This document shows, one piece after another, positions 49,357 to 59,598 of a DNA stretch of 64,000 nt (position 1 is the first letter of the stretch; each line of letters starts with the position of its first letter). The notes beneath the pieces are model-generated. The model was not told the DNA's origin and did not search any database. It saw only the letters and a list, made by a program, of their open reading frames with translations. Source of the DNA: an uncultured Actinomycetota bacterium (GTDB taxonomy: Bacteria > Actinomycetota > Actinomycetes > JAHEKZ01); the NCBI GenBank assembly GCA_963829525.1, contig CAWHIJ010000003.1, positions 352,001 to 416,000 of the forward strand, in the 5' to 3' direction. The translations under genes and the position numbers were made by a program.

Positions 49357-51024
49357 GTGAGTCCGCGTCTGAAGCCCCCGCAGGGAAAGGACGCCGCGGC
49401 CGGGCTGTTGCTGGGGCTCGCCAACGTGCCAGGCGGGCTGGCGATGGGCGTGCTCGCCGGTGTCAGCCCTGTCTCTGGGCTGTACGGCTACCTGTTCGGC
49501 ACCGTGGCCGGTGCGTTCGCCACTAGTTCAGTGCTGATGTCGGTGCAAGCGACTGCGGCACTCGCGGTGCTGACGTCCGATGTCCCGGGGGTCGACGGTT
49601 CATCGGCAGGGCTGACGGCCCTGGTCACGCTGACAGTGCTGACCGGTCTGATCATGCTCAGCCTGGGGCTGGCCAAGACGGGCTCGGTGGTGAGGTTTGT
49701 GCCGCACTCAGTGGTCACAGGGTTCATCAACGCCGTCGCGGTCACGATCGTGCTGTCGCAGGTCGCTGAGCTGACCGGCTATCGCTCGGCCGAGTCTCAC
49801 CGCGTCCTCCGGGTCGTCGACACGGCTGCCAACGTGGACTTGGTCGATCCGGCGACCGTCATCGTTGCCCTGGTCACGATCGTCCTGATCGTGGTGCTCG
49901 GAAGCACCCGGCTTGGTGGATTCGGCATGGTTGTCGCGATCTTGGCGGTTTCAGCGGTGGTAGAGCTCGGCGGGCTCGACTCTGTGCGGCAGGTGGCAGA
50001 TGTCGCTGAGATTCCGAGGGGGCTTCCCGTCCCCGAACTTCCAGATTTGTCACTGGTCTGGGGGCTCTTGCTTCCTGCGGTCTCACTTTCGTTCGTCGGG
50101 CTGGTCCAGGGGTCGGCAATCAGTCAGTCCGTTCCCAACCCGGATGGTCGCTACCCCGACGTCTCGGGTGACTTCCGCGGTCAAGGCGTGGCCAACGTGG
50201 CGTCTGGGCTCTTCCAAGGGATGCCGGTGGGAGGGTCGATGTCGGCGACCGGGATATTGACATCGGCCGGTGCTCGAACGCGATGGGCCAACCTCGTCGC
50301 TGGTGCGGTGATGCTGCTCGTCATCCTGGCCATCCCGGGGGCGGCCAACCTCATCGCGATGCCCGCGTTGGCGGGCCTTCTGACCGTCGTCGGATTTCGC
50401 ACCTTCCGCCTGAACGAGGTGGAGATGGTGTGGCGAACCGGCCGAGGTCACGCCCTTGTGATGGTTCTGACCTTCGTCTTGACCATCGTCGCGCCTCTCC
50501 AGTTTGCGGTGCTGGCAGGGATCGGAATGTCGGTGGCGCTCTTCGTGGTCAGACAGTCCAACAAAGTAATCATCTATCGATGGGTGCTCCATGCAGGAGA
50601 TCCCTTCCCGAAGGAGGGTCCACCTCCGCGTGAACTACCCGCGGGCGAGGTTGTCGTTCTCACCACCTACGGCAGCCTCTTCTTCGCGTCCGCTCCGGTC
50701 TTTGAGAGCCAACTCCCGGAGGTGACCGACCATTCACAGAATGCGGTCGTCGTTCTCCGCCTACGCGGGAAGGAGGATCTGGGCAGCACATTCATCTCCG
50801 TGCTCATGCGCTACCGCAGGTCGTTAGATACCGTCGGCGGACATCTGGTGCTGTCTGGGGTTGGCGACCGCATTTGGCGACAACTCCAAGACACCGGCTC
50901 CCTGGACGAACTGGGCGAGGCGAACGTCTTCACTGCCACTGAGTCAGTGGGGGAGTCCCTGCAACGGGCGCTCGTCAGAGCAGAACAACTACAGGGCGGT
51001 ACGTCCAGTGACGCAGCTGGCTAG
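49357..51024 (+). CDS. SulP family anion transporter with STAS domain
   Basis: G..P..GLY, GF.NAVA, QG.AN..SG.F.G.P.GGS, G.LFFA. Confidence 0.9.
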   Translation: MSPRLKPPQGKDAAAGLLLGLANVPGGLAMGVLAGVSPVSGLYGYLFGTVAGAFATSSVLMSVQATAALAVLTSDVPGVDGSSAGLTALVTLTVLTGLIMLSLGLAKTGSVVRFVPHSVVTGFINAVAVTIVLSQVAELTGYRSAESHRVLRVVDTAANVDLVDPATVIVALVTIVLIVVLGSTRLGGFGMVVAILAVSAVVELGGLDSVRQVADVAEIPRGLPVPELPDLSLVWGLLLPAVSLSFVGLVQGSAISQSVPNPDGRYPDVSGDFRGQGVANVASGLFQGMPVGGSMSATGILTSAGARTRWANLVAGAVMLLVILAIPGAANLIAMPALAGLLTVVGFRTFRLNEVEMVWRTGRGHALVMVLTFVLTIVAPLQFAVLAGIGMSVALFVVRQSNKVIIYRWVLHAGDPFPKEGPPPRELPAGEVVVLTTYGSLFFASAPVFESQLPEVTDHSQNAVVVLRLRGKEDLGSTFISVLMRYRRSLDTVGGHLVLSGVGDRIWRQLQDTGSLDELGEANVFTATESVGESLQRALVRAEQLQGGTSSDAAG

Positions 51025-51188
51025 TTGCTGCGCCGGCTGAAGATGGTGGCCACTGCTGCGGCGATAACGGCGATCCCAACAGCGATCAAAATCCCCTTAA
51101 GGACCCCATGACCTGAGTCGTCGTCCCACTGGTCCAGGTCGGGGGACTCGATGATCTCTAGGACGTCGGTGGTGGTGGTCTCGCTCAT
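51021..51188 (-). CDS. Small (55 aa) C-terminally anchored membrane protein, not in ORF track
   Basis: MSETTTTDVLEIIESPDLDQWDDDSGHGVLKGILIAVGIAVIAAAVATIFSRRSN; GAGGGA RBS. Confidence 0.6.
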   Translation of the reverse strand: MSETTTTDVLEIIESPDLDQWDDDSGHGVLKGILIAVGIAVIAAAVATIFSRRSN

Positions 51189-51381
51189 GGCTTCCCTCGT
51201 TTACGTTGTCACGGTCATTGCCAACCTACGTCGTTAGGACCCGACTTCGAAAGGGTCCTTCGACCAGACCCAGGCAGAGGGAGCGTCGCACGATGGGTCT
51301 CCTTAGTCCCATTGGGAGGTGCCCAAGCATCAATCCTCTGACTAGGGTCAAGTCGTCGATCCGGTACCGAGGGAGCAGGCC

Positions 51382-51897
51382 ATGGGGCTCAGAGACCGCC
51401 GCGGCGGAGACTCGAAACAAACGTTCTGCATGCGTGAGAAGGTCTTCGCCATTGGCGACGACTACTGGATCGAGGATGCCGATGGGCAGAAGGTCTACAA
51501 GGTCGATGGCAAGGCGATCCGGTTCCGCGACACCTTCATCCTCGAGGACTCCAGTGGTGGCGAACTGGCGGTGATCAAGGAGAAGAAGCTCGCCGTCCGC
51601 GACACCATGACGATCGAGATCAGTGGCCGCGAGGCAAGGGTAAAGAAGCGGTTGATTGGCATTCGGGACCGCTACAACGTCGACTTCGACGAGGGCGACG
51701 ATTACACCGCCAAGGGCAACTTCGTCGACCACGAGTATGAGATCGAGCGCGACGGCGAGAAGGTCGCTGAGATCTCCAAGAAGTGGTTCCGAGTACGCGA
51801 TACCTACGGCGTCGAGATCTTGGGTGACCAAGACGTTGCGCTGATCCTGGCCGTCACCGTTTGCATTGACGCAATGTCCCACGACCTGGGCGCCTGA
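51382..51897 (+). CDS. LURP-one / tubby C-terminal-like (scramblase) protein
   Basis: [34 protein letters not shown]. Confidence 0.82.
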   Translation: MGLRDRRGGDSKQTFCMREKVFAIGDDYWIEDADGQKVYKVDGKAIRFRDTFILEDSSGGELAVIKEKKLAVRDTMTIEISGREARVKKRLIGIRDRYNVDFDEGDDYTAKGNFVDHEYEIERDGEKVAEISKKWFRVRDTYGVEILGDQDVALILAVTVCIDAMSHDLGA

Positions 51898-51935
51898 CGC
51901 CTCCAGGAGCGACAAACAGAATCGAAAGGTTAGCC

Positions 51936-53330
51936 ATGCTGCATGAACGGCACCGCATCCGCAACAAGGGCGTCGACGAGATCTTCGCCTCATCTGACGT
52001 CTCGGTGGTTCTCCCGAAGTACCAGCTTCCCGAGCACGAGCAGGACCCGCGGCACACCTTCCGCTTAGTGGCCGACGAGCTCATGCTGGACGGCAACTCG
52101 CGGCAGAACCTCGCGACCTTCTGCCAGACCTGGTTGGAGCCGGAGGTCCATTTGCTGATGGATCTGACCATGGACAAGAACATGGTCGACAAGGATGAGT
52201 ACCCGCAGACGGCCGAGCTCGAAGAGCGATGTGTGCACATGCTCGCCGGCCTCTGGAACTCGCCGGCCACTGAGAACTCGATCGGAACATCGACAACTGG
52301 TTCAAGCGAAGCAGCGATGCTCGGGGGTATGGCGCTGCTCTGGAACTGGCGAGCCAGGCGTCGCGCGGATGGCAAGCCGACCGACCGGCCGAACCTGGTG
52401 ACTGGCCCTGTCCAGGTCTGTTGGCACAAGTTTGCTCGCTACTGGGACGTCGAACTTCGCGAGATCCCGATGGATGGGGATCGGCTCATCATGACGCCGG
52501 AAGAGGTGCTCAAGCGTGTTGACGAGAACACCATCGGCGTTGTGCCAACGCTGGGTGTGACCTTCACCGGCGACTTCGAACCGGTAGAGGAGGTGCATCG
52601 GGCGCTCGACCGGTTGCAGTCCGAGACTGGGCTCGATATTCCGATGCACGTCGATGGAGCGAGTGGCGCCTTCCTCGCCCCCTTCACAGCGCCGAATCTG
52701 ACCTGGGACTTCCGCCTTCCGAGGGTGAAGTCGATCAACGCGTCCGGGCACAAGTTCGGTCTCGCCCCGCTCGGCGTCGGCTGGATCGTGTGGCGCACCA
52801 AGGAAGACTTGCCCAAGGAGCTTGTCTTCGACGTGAACTACCTGGGCGGCAACATGCCCACGTTCGCGCTGAACTTCTCGCGCCCAGGCGGTCAGATCGC
52901 GGTTCAGTACTACAACTTCCTGCGCCTTGGTCACGAGGGTTATCGCAAGATCCACCAGCAGTGCTACGACATTGCGATGTACCTGGCCGAGGAGATCGAC
53001 CAACTAGGCCCGTTCGAGATCCTGAGCAACGGTGATCCCCACAAAGGAATTCCGGCGATCTCCTGGAAGCTGAAAGAGGGCATCGACCACGGCTTCACGC
53101 TCTTCGACCTGGCCGACAGGCTGCGTGCGAAGGGGTGGCAGGTGCCCGCCTACACGATGCCGGCCAACCGCGAGGACATGGCCGTCCAGCGGATCCTGGT
53201 TCGCCATGGGTTCAGCCGCGACTTGGCGGGCCTGCTGATGGATGACTACCGTGCTGCGCTGAGCCACTTTGCGGCGCACCCGATATCCACGCCACTGACT
53301 GAAGCCGAAGCAGGCGGCTTCACCCACTAG
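51936..53330 (+). CDS. gadB: Glutamate decarboxylase
   Basis: [38 protein letters not shown] (PLP Lys), NFSRPG. Confidence 0.95.
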   Translation: MLHERHRIRNKGVDEIFASSDVSVVLPKYQLPEHEQDPRHTFRLVADELMLDGNSRQNLATFCQTWLEPEVHLLMDLTMDKNMVDKDEYPQTAELEERCVHMLAGLWNSPATENSIGTSTTGSSEAAMLGGMALLWNWRARRRADGKPTDRPNLVTGPVQVCWHKFARYWDVELREIPMDGDRLIMTPEEVLKRVDENTIGVVPTLGVTFTGDFEPVEEVHRALDRLQSETGLDIPMHVDGASGAFLAPFTAPNLTWDFRLPRVKSINASGHKFGLAPLGVGWIVWRTKEDLPKELVFDVNYLGGNMPTFALNFSRPGGQIAVQYYNFLRLGHEGYRKIHQQCYDIAMYLAEEIDQLGPFEILSNGDPHKGIPAISWKLKEGIDHGFTLFDLADRLRAKGWQVPAYTMPANREDMAVQRILVRHGFSRDLAGLLMDDYRAALSHFAAHPISTPLTEAEAGGFTH

Positions 53331-54909
53331 GGACAGCGTCGACCTCGAGGTAGGAGGCGACCAATGCATTCTCGGCGTCCTTGCGCGGGAACTTCCAGGC
53401 GACAAGAGCGGCGCCTAGGACCACCGCGATGATTCCGGCCGTGTATGCCCATTGGTCGCCCTGGAGGAAGGACTCTCGGGCCGCGTCGATGATGGCCTGG
53501 GAGTACTTCGGGTATTGGGCGGCAACCGCTTCGGCCCCGTCGAACGATTTCGTGAGCTGAGCTTGGGTCGACGCTGTGACTTGGTTCGCGTCTGGTGAGT
53601 TTCCGATGGCAGCGGTTGCTGCAGCCGCGTAGCCAGCCGTCAGTAGCGCACCGAAGATCGACTGCATCAAGGCTCCGCCGAGGTCGCGTTGCAAGTCGGC
53701 GGTGCCTGACGCCATGCCGACGCGCCGAACTGGTACCGAACCAGTCAAGGAGTGCGAGGCGGGCGTTCCGGCAAATCCGACTCCGGCCCCCACGAAGGCA
53801 TATCCGAGTCCAACGACCCAGTACGGCGAGCTCTCCTTCCACAGCAACAGCATCGTCAGGAAACCGAGGACGACAAAGACGTACCCCACCAGAAGCGTGA
53901 ACCGCGAGCCGTGGGAGTCGACGAGCTTGGCGGACCTCGGAGCAATGAGCACCATGAAAACGACAGCTGGAAGGATCGCCGCGCCCGCCTCGAGGGTGTT
54001 GTAGCCGAGAACGTTCTGCAGGTACTGCTGACCGATAAACATGGCCCCCATGAGCGACCCGAAGACGACGATGCCAGCGACCGCAGCCACCCAGAACGTC
54101 GGCCGAGCGGCAACCGTGAGGTCGTAGAGCGGGTTTGCAGCACGGCGTTGCCGAAACCAGAAGGCGATGAGGGCGGTCAAGGAGATGAGCGCCAGGCCGA
54201 TAGCGAGAGTGGCAGCATCTGGAACGACCGCAAAGTTGATGGCCAGGACAAGGCCGCCGACCAGGAAGATCGACAGGACACCGCCGAGGTTGTCCACAGG
54301 CTCGGTGCCTTCGTTGACGTGCGCGGGAACCAGTTGCCATGCCATCAGGAAGGCGACAACGGCCAACGGAAGGGTGACGAGGAAGACCGAGCCCCACCAG
54401 AAGTGCTCGAGCAAGAATCCTGAGGTCAAAGGTCCGAGAGCGGAGATTGCACCGCCCAGCGCCGACCAGAGCGCAATGGTCTTGGTGCGCTCAGAACCGG
54501 CCCAGAGCGCGGTGATCAGGGCGAGTGTTGTCGGGTAGGCCATGCCCGCGGACACCCCGCCTAGAATACGAGCCCCGATCAGAATCTCGATCGTTGGTGC
54601 GTAGGCCGCCAGCAGGCATGCCGGCACGGACAAGGCGACACCGAGCAAGAGCATCAACTTGCGGCCGTGGCGGTCTCCGAGTGCACCGAGATAGAGAACC
54701 GATGCGGCCAGACCAAGCGAGTACCCGACGGCGACGAGATTCAGCTGGGTCTGGCTGGCGTCGAAGGCTTGACCGATCGAAGGCAGCGCGACGTTGGCCA
54801 CCGCCAGATTGAGGTTGGCCACCGCCGCCCCGAGGATGAGGGCGGTCAGCACTAGTCCGGCTCGCGCCGGGGTGTTCGCTCTCGCGGACGGTGAATCAGC
54901 CGAAGACAC
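53320..54909 (-). CDS. MFS transporter (DHA2, 14 TM)
   Basis: [24 protein letters not shown]; GTG 54909 overlaps the upstream antiporter gene. Confidence 0.88.
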   Translation of the reverse strand: MSSADSPSARANTPARAGLVLTALILGAAVANLNLAVANVALPSIGQAFDASQTQLNLVAVGYSLGLAASVLYLGALGDRHGRKLMLLLGVALSVPACLLAAYAPTIEILIGARILGGVSAGMAYPTTLALITALWAGSERTKTIALWSALGGAISALGPLTSGFLLEHFWWGSVFLVTLPLAVVAFLMAWQLVPAHVNEGTEPVDNLGGVLSIFLVGGLVLAINFAVVPDAATLAIGLALISLTALIAFWFRQRRAANPLYDLTVAARPTFWVAAVAGIVVFGSLMGAMFIGQQYLQNVLGYNTLEAGAAILPAVVFMVLIAPRSAKLVDSHGSRFTLLVGYVFVVLGFLTMLLLWKESSPYWVVGLGYAFVGAGVGFAGTPASHSLTGSVPVRRVGMASGTADLQRDLGGALMQSIFGALLTAGYAAAATAAIGNSPDANQVTASTQAQLTKSFDGAEAVAAQYPKYSQAIIDAARESFLQGDQWAYTAGIIAVVLGAALVAWKFPRKDAENALVASYLEVDAVPSG

Positions 54910-56089
54910 TGCTGCTCCCAGGGGTTGCGGTGTTCGTGCGGGGTCGTCCCCTGATCTGCAGGGCAGCGAACGGGAAGACAGCGACGGAGAGTACTCCGGC
55001 GCCAACGAGCGCGGCTCCGTTCTCGGGAAGCATGGTTCCGTTCGTCATGCTCACCTCGGTGATCGCGACGATGAGCGGCAGGCCCGTCGCCATCATGAAC
55101 ATCAGCTGAAGTCGCTCGGAGCGTGGGAGCTCGCGTCGGTACACCACGAGCGCCGGGAGGCCTCGAACCAGCAGGAGCAGTATGAAGAAGACCACGAGCC
55201 GTCCGGGGTTCTCGATGATCGACGTGAGGTCGAGACCCATGCCCGACGAGATGAAGAAGATCGGGACGAAGAAGCCGTAGCCGACGGTATCGAGCTTGTG
55301 GAGGAGCCCGACCGAGCCGAGCGTGGTCTCGTTGCTCGACCTCCGCAGGACCATCCCGGCGAGGAAGGCACCGAGGACGATGTCGAGCCCGAAGTCGGCC
55401 GTCAGCAAGAGGGCGCCGAGCAGCAGAGTGATCGTCCATCGCAGAACCGACTGCGTCGTGTCCTCAGAGGTCGCGGACACGATCTTTCCGACGCGAGTGT
55501 CCTCCACCCAGGACGGAATACGCGTGAGGAGCCACGCGAGAAGCACGACCGTCATGATCGCGAGCGCTGACTGCCATGATCCGTTCGCGCTCAGGAAGAG
55601 CGAGATAGCCAGGACCGGTCCGAGCTCGCCGACCGCCCCTGAGGCGAACAGGTGCTGACCAAATGCTCCGCCGAGCATGTCGTTGTCCCGCAGGATGGGG
55701 AGCAAGGTGCCGAGAGCAGTCGTGGTGAGTGCAAGCGACACCGGAATGAACGCCCTGACGAATCCGGTCGCCTCGAGAATGCCAACGACGACGAGCGCGA
55801 CGGCAACCGAGATGCCCCAGGCTCGGAGGGCCATTCGCCCGGGGCGCTGGCGGAGCAGGAGCGGCGGTAGCTCGTATCCGGCCAGGAGGAAGAGGAAACC
55901 CAGGCCGACGTCGGAGAGCAGGGTGAGCTCGCTGCGATCGGCCCACCCGAGGATCTCCGGGCCGATCAAGATCCCGCCGGCGAGCAGGAGTACGACCTGG
56001 GGGACGGCCACCGGCAGCAGCCGGCCCACGACGGGCACGAGGGCAGCCACGATCATCACGACGAAGAGCGACTCGAGCTGGTCGGTCAT
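54896..56089 (-). CDS. Cation:proton antiporter
   Basis: G.LIGP..LG, G..FL.LAG.E, GAF.AG, FFVP.FF..SG. Confidence 0.88.
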   Translation of the reverse strand: MTDQLESLFVVMIVAALVPVVGRLLPVAVPQVVLLLAGGILIGPEILGWADRSELTLLSDVGLGFLFLLAGYELPPLLLRQRPGRMALRAWGISVAVALVVVGILEATGFVRAFIPVSLALTTTALGTLLPILRDNDMLGGAFGQHLFASGAVGELGPVLAISLFLSANGSWQSALAIMTVVLLAWLLTRIPSWVEDTRVGKIVSATSEDTTQSVLRWTITLLLGALLLTADFGLDIVLGAFLAGMVLRRSSNETTLGSVGLLHKLDTVGYGFFVPIFFISSGMGLDLTSIIENPGRLVVFFILLLLVRGLPALVVYRRELPRSERLQLMFMMATGLPLIVAITEVSMTNGTMLPENGAALVGAGVLSVAVFPFAALQIRGRPRTNTATPGSSSVFG

Positions 56090-56247
56090 GGGTCTCCAGG
56101 TCGTCAAGCCTGATGAACATGTCTGCGATCCTCGGGGGTCGCCGGCAGGAATCTACTCCCTGAGGGAGCTGAGGCAATCGCGCGTGAGCAGTATTCTGTG
56201 GGTGCTCAAGGCGCGGAATCGGGAGCAACGGCTGCGATACTGCGGCA

Positions 56248-56610
56248 ATGACACGCATCGGGCTCGCGGTGACTCTGTCATCGGTGGCACTGGTAGTCGC
56301 CGGCTGTGGCACTAGCGGTGAAAAGCAGGTCCAGCAGATGACCGAGACGTTGGTCAACACTGCCGCCTCCACACAGGGGCAGGCCGAGCTCGCGGGTGTG
56401 GGAGTCGAGGTGTCTGGCCCGCTCTCATGCCAGACGACTCCCAAGGGGGATACGTTCGACGTGGCTTGCAGCGGCACGAGTATCGATAGTCGACCGGTCA
56501 CTGTCACCGGCAATGCCACGTCGTTACCCGGTGGCACTTCGGTCCAGGGCAGCTTCGTCGGGACAGCTGACGGAACGCAGGTCTTTTCCCTCGACTGCCT
56601 GGGGTGCTGA
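56248..56610 (+). CDS. Hypothetical lipoprotein
   Basis: LVVAGC lipobox, additional Cys residues. Confidence 0.7.
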   Translation: MTRIGLAVTLSSVALVVAGCGTSGEKQVQQMTETLVNTAASTQGQAELAGVGVEVSGPLSCQTTPKGDTFDVACSGTSIDSRPVTVTGNATSLPGGTSVQGSFVGTADGTQVFSLDCLGC

Positions 56611-56671
56611 GATCCCAAGTTACGAAGGCTGGCGGCCACTAGGCTCTGCGCATTCCAGGTAGGAGCATCAG

Positions 56672-58801
56672 ATGAGTGGATTCGCCGAAAGACGCCGCCG
56701 CGAGAGGGAGTTGGCCGCCGCCCTGGCGGGCCGTTCGCCCGATGATCGGCGTGGGTACGTCCGGGCGATCGTGGGTAACTACCTCGCAACTTGGGCAGTC
56801 CTGGCGATCACGATCGCGCTTTCGCCCGGTATCTACCCGCAGGAGTGGTGGGCGGTCCCCCTGGCTGCGCTGCTCTTCTCGCTCTTCGCGCCAGTAACGC
56901 AGTTGCTGCTTGCGAGGTTCGCGCTTCTCTTCGGCTGGGTCGGTGCGCTCTTCTTGGCGGTGTTCGCCAACGCGATCGTCATCGACATCATCTTGAACCT
57001 GACGCCCGGCATGGTGGTCGGCAGCTTCTGGGAGACCTTCGTCGCATCGTGGATCTACGCGCTGGTCGCATCGGCCCTGACGTGGGTCTTCTCCTCCAAC
57101 TCTCAGAACTACCTGCTGGTTCACGCGGCCCGGATGAGCATGCGCGACATGCCGTCGGAGAAGTTCGCGGAACCGGGGGTGCTCTTCCTGCAGCTCGACG
57201 GAGTGCCAGAGCCGGTCCTCCGCTGGCATGTGCAGGCCGGGAATGTCCCCACCATCAGCAGGTGGCTGCGGACGGGGACGCACCGAATGGACGCATGGGT
57301 GGCTGCGCTGCCATCGACGACCCCGGTCAGCCAAGCTGGAATCCTGCATGGCAACAACGACAACATCCCTGCCTTCCGCTGGTACGAGAAGGAGACGGGA
57401 GACCTGGTGGTGGCCAACCACCCTCCGGATGCGGCCTTGATTGAGTCGCGCGTCAGCGACGGGCGAGGGTTGCTTGCCGACGACGGCGTCAGCATCAGCA
57501 ACCTGTTCTCCGGTGACGCTCCGATCTCGCTGTTGACGATGAGCGGGATGAAACAGCCAAAGGAGGGGCTTGGCCCCTCCAAGTCCTACGCGGCATTCTT
57601 CACTCACCCAGCAGGCCTGGTCCGAGCGATCGTCATGACCATCGCCGAGATGCTCAAAGAGCTGTACCAGGCGCGGCAGCAACGACGACGCGGGATCGAG
57701 CCCCGCATCAACCGGCACGGCAGCTACGTGCTGCTGCGTGGTGTCACCAACGTCCTGCTGCGCGACCTCAACACGGCGCTGGTCGTCGAGTCGATGATGC
57801 GTGGGGTGAAGTCGATTTACGTCGACTACGTCGACTACGACGAGATCGCGCACCACGCCGGGGTCGTACGGCGCGAGTCCACCGACGCGCTCTTTGGCCT
57901 CGACCGTGTCGTGTCGTCCTTGGAACGTGTGGCGAAGTCGGGGGTGACCCCGCGGCCCTATGAAATCGTGCTGGTCTCCGACCACGGGCAGAGTCAGGGA
58001 GCAACCTTCCTCCAGCGGTATGGACAGGGCCTCCAGCAGCTTGTCGAGGAGCTGATGGGGGAGTCGGACACGGCATCGTCGGTCTCCGACATAGAGGGAT
58101 GGGGTCCGGTCAACGTGCTCATCGGACAGATCTCCGCCCAGGGGTCGGTCACCGGCAAGGTGGCCGCGCGCGCGGTTCGTAGTCGCGACGCCGACAGTTC
58201 TCTAGGCCCGCTCTCGGCGGACAAGGAGGCCGCTGAGGTGGAGGGCACTGAGGATCGGCCGGCCCTGGCCGTGGTCGGCTCCGGCAATCTCGGTGGGATC
58301 TGGTTTCCGCGCTTGGACGGGCGGCAGACGGTGGCGCAGATCGAGTCCGTCTACCCGGGGCTGCTCGCCGGGATGGTCACCCATCCCGGAATCTCCTTCG
58401 CAACGGTCATGGCAGATGCCGGTCCGGTGGCGATCGGGGAGGGCGGCAGCATCGACCTTCGCACCGGCGTCGTCTCGGGGGAGAACCCGCTCGAAGCCTT
58501 CGGACCACATGCGCAAGGAGATCTGCTCCGTATCGCGGAGTTCTCCAACGCGCCGGACATCTACCTCAACTCGCTGTACGACGCGAGCACCGACGAGGTC
58601 GCAGCCTTTGAGGAGCTGGTCGGCTGCCACGGCGGACTTGGGGGGTGGCAGACCCAGCCCATGATCGTGCACCCCAGTGGCTGGGCCATTGACGCCGACC
58701 TGACCGATCAGCAGGGACGCCTGCACGGGGCGCCGAACGTCTACCGCCAATTCGTTCGCTGGTTGGAGCAGCAGGGGCACCGGCAAGATCTCCCTGACTG
58801 A
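56672..58801 (+). CDS. Holin-like (4-TM) domain fused to alkaline phosphatase/phosphodiesterase-superfamily domain
   Basis: N-terminal TMs; QLDG, PSTTP.SQAGILHG, YDE.AHH, SDHGQ, G.HGGLGG metal-site motifs. Confidence 0.8.
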   Translation: MSGFAERRRRERELAAALAGRSPDDRRGYVRAIVGNYLATWAVLAITIALSPGIYPQEWWAVPLAALLFSLFAPVTQLLLARFALLFGWVGALFLAVFANAIVIDIILNLTPGMVVGSFWETFVASWIYALVASALTWVFSSNSQNYLLVHAARMSMRDMPSEKFAEPGVLFLQLDGVPEPVLRWHVQAGNVPTISRWLRTGTHRMDAWVAALPSTTPVSQAGILHGNNDNIPAFRWYEKETGDLVVANHPPDAALIESRVSDGRGLLADDGVSISNLFSGDAPISLLTMSGMKQPKEGLGPSKSYAAFFTHPAGLVRAIVMTIAEMLKELYQARQQRRRGIEPRINRHGSYVLLRGVTNVLLRDLNTALVVESMMRGVKSIYVDYVDYDEIAHHAGVVRRESTDALFGLDRVVSSLERVAKSGVTPRPYEIVLVSDHGQSQGATFLQRYGQGLQQLVEELMGESDTASSVSDIEGWGPVNVLIGQISAQGSVTGKVAARAVRSRDADSSLGPLSADKEAAEVEGTEDRPALAVVGSGNLGGIWFPRLDGRQTVAQIESVYPGLLAGMVTHPGISFATVMADAGPVAIGEGGSIDLRTGVVSGENPLEAFGPHAQGDLLRIAEFSNAPDIYLNSLYDASTDEVAAFEELVGCHGGLGGWQTQPMIVHPSGWAIDADLTDQQGRLHGAPNVYRQFVRWLEQQGHRQDLPD

Positions 58802-58803
58802 TT

Positions 58804-58820
58804 TCATCCCGCCCGGACGA
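58804..58820. promoter_or_regulatory. TCATCC-N5-GGAYGA palindrome (candidate site for the MalT-like regulator)
   Basis: TCATCC-CGCCC-GGACGA about 88 bp upstream of the 58908 gene; similar site at 61815. Confidence 0.45.
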
Positions 58821-58907
58821 GGGTTGGAGGAGCCTTGTCAGCCCTGCTGTGCCACGATAATGGCCGGTCGGGGCCAGTCGGGCTCCGCCGTCTGAAAGGG
58901 ATTCCCC

Positions 58908-59282
58908 GTGGATTTCTGGGACATCATCTGGTTCATCATCGTGACGTTCGCCTTCGTGGCGTACCTCATGGTGCTCTTCTCGATCCTGAGCGACCTCTTC
59001 CGGGACAAGGACACCGGTGGCCTTGCCAAGGCGATCTGGGTCATTGCACTGATCTTTTTCCCGTTCTTCACGGCCCTGATCTACCTGATCGCCCGTGGCC
59101 AGGGAATGGCCGAGCGCAACGTGAAGGCCGCCAAGCAGATGCAGGACACGCAGAGCGCCTACATCCGTGACGTGGCTGGCAGCTCTCCGGCCGACCAGAT
59201 CCACAAGGCGAAGGAGCTCCTCGACTCCGGTGCGATCTCGCAGGCGGAGTACGACGCCATCAAGGCGAAGGCCCTCGCCTAG
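58908..59282 (+). CDS. PLDc_N + SHOCT domain membrane protein
   Basis: DLFRDKD.GG.AKA.W, LIARG.GM.ER, LLDSGAISQAEY..IKAKALA; paralog of 32963-33349. Confidence 0.88.
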   Translation: MDFWDIIWFIIVTFAFVAYLMVLFSILSDLFRDKDTGGLAKAIWVIALIFFPFFTALIYLIARGQGMAERNVKAAKQMQDTQSAYIRDVAGSSPADQIHKAKELLDSGAISQAEYDAIKAKALA

Positions 59283-59299
59283 ATCTCCCGCCTAGGTAT

Positions 59300-59333
59300 A
59301 CCGAAGCGCCGCCCTTAGGGGCGGCGCTTCGGT
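59300..59333. terminator. Bidirectional terminator hairpin
   Basis: 15-bp perfect stem accgaagcgccgccc/gggcggcgcttcggt with TTAG loop, between convergent genes. Confidence 0.75.
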
Positions 59334-59343
59334 GTATATGGGG

Positions 59344-59460
59344 TCAGCGGCAGCCGCAGCGTTCGGACGGCGTGACGGAGCCGAGCACCTGGTCGGCGTG
59401 CATGCCGCAGCCGCTCCATGTGACCTTGCCGCAGCTACGGCAGTTGGCGGGACTGCACAT
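59344..59460 (-). CDS. Small Cys-rich protein (38 aa), putative metal-binding
   Basis: MCSPANCRSCGKVTWSGCGMHADQVLGSVTPSERCGCR; AGGAGG RBS; terminator follows. Confidence 0.75.
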   Translation of the reverse strand: MCSPANCRSCGKVTWSGCGMHADQVLGSVTPSERCGCR

Positions 59461-59498
59461 CTGAAGACCTCCTGGGCGGGATTGACGGTTTGCAGAGA

Positions 59499-59514
59499 AT
59501 ACCCTGGGGGGTAT
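59499..59514. promoter_or_regulatory. CsoR/RicR/CstR-family operator
   Basis: ATACCC-TGGG-GGGTAT palindrome with G-tract, about 40 bp upstream of the Cys-rich gene. Confidence 0.65.
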
Positions 59515-59598
59515 GTAATGTGCGAGTCGGGTGTGCCCGCCGTGCTGACGGGGCCGGGTAGTTGAGCGCTCACAGGTCGGGTTCCCTACCCTTACGCC

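Noticed and set aside
54290-54298. Perfect DnaA box TTGTCCACA
   Set aside because: Single copy inside the MFS coding sequence (encodes part of PVDNL)
56672-57120. Holin-like domain as evidence of a prophage
   Set aside because: Fused to a phosphodiesterase-type domain; no phage genes nearby
20247-57985. Long alternative ORFs such as 20247-21497(-), 22095-23558(+), 55464-56789(-), 56639-57985(-)
   Set aside because: Overlap well-supported genes in other frames, are low-complexity (Arg/Ala/Pro-rich) and lack motifs; typical high-GC shadow ORFs
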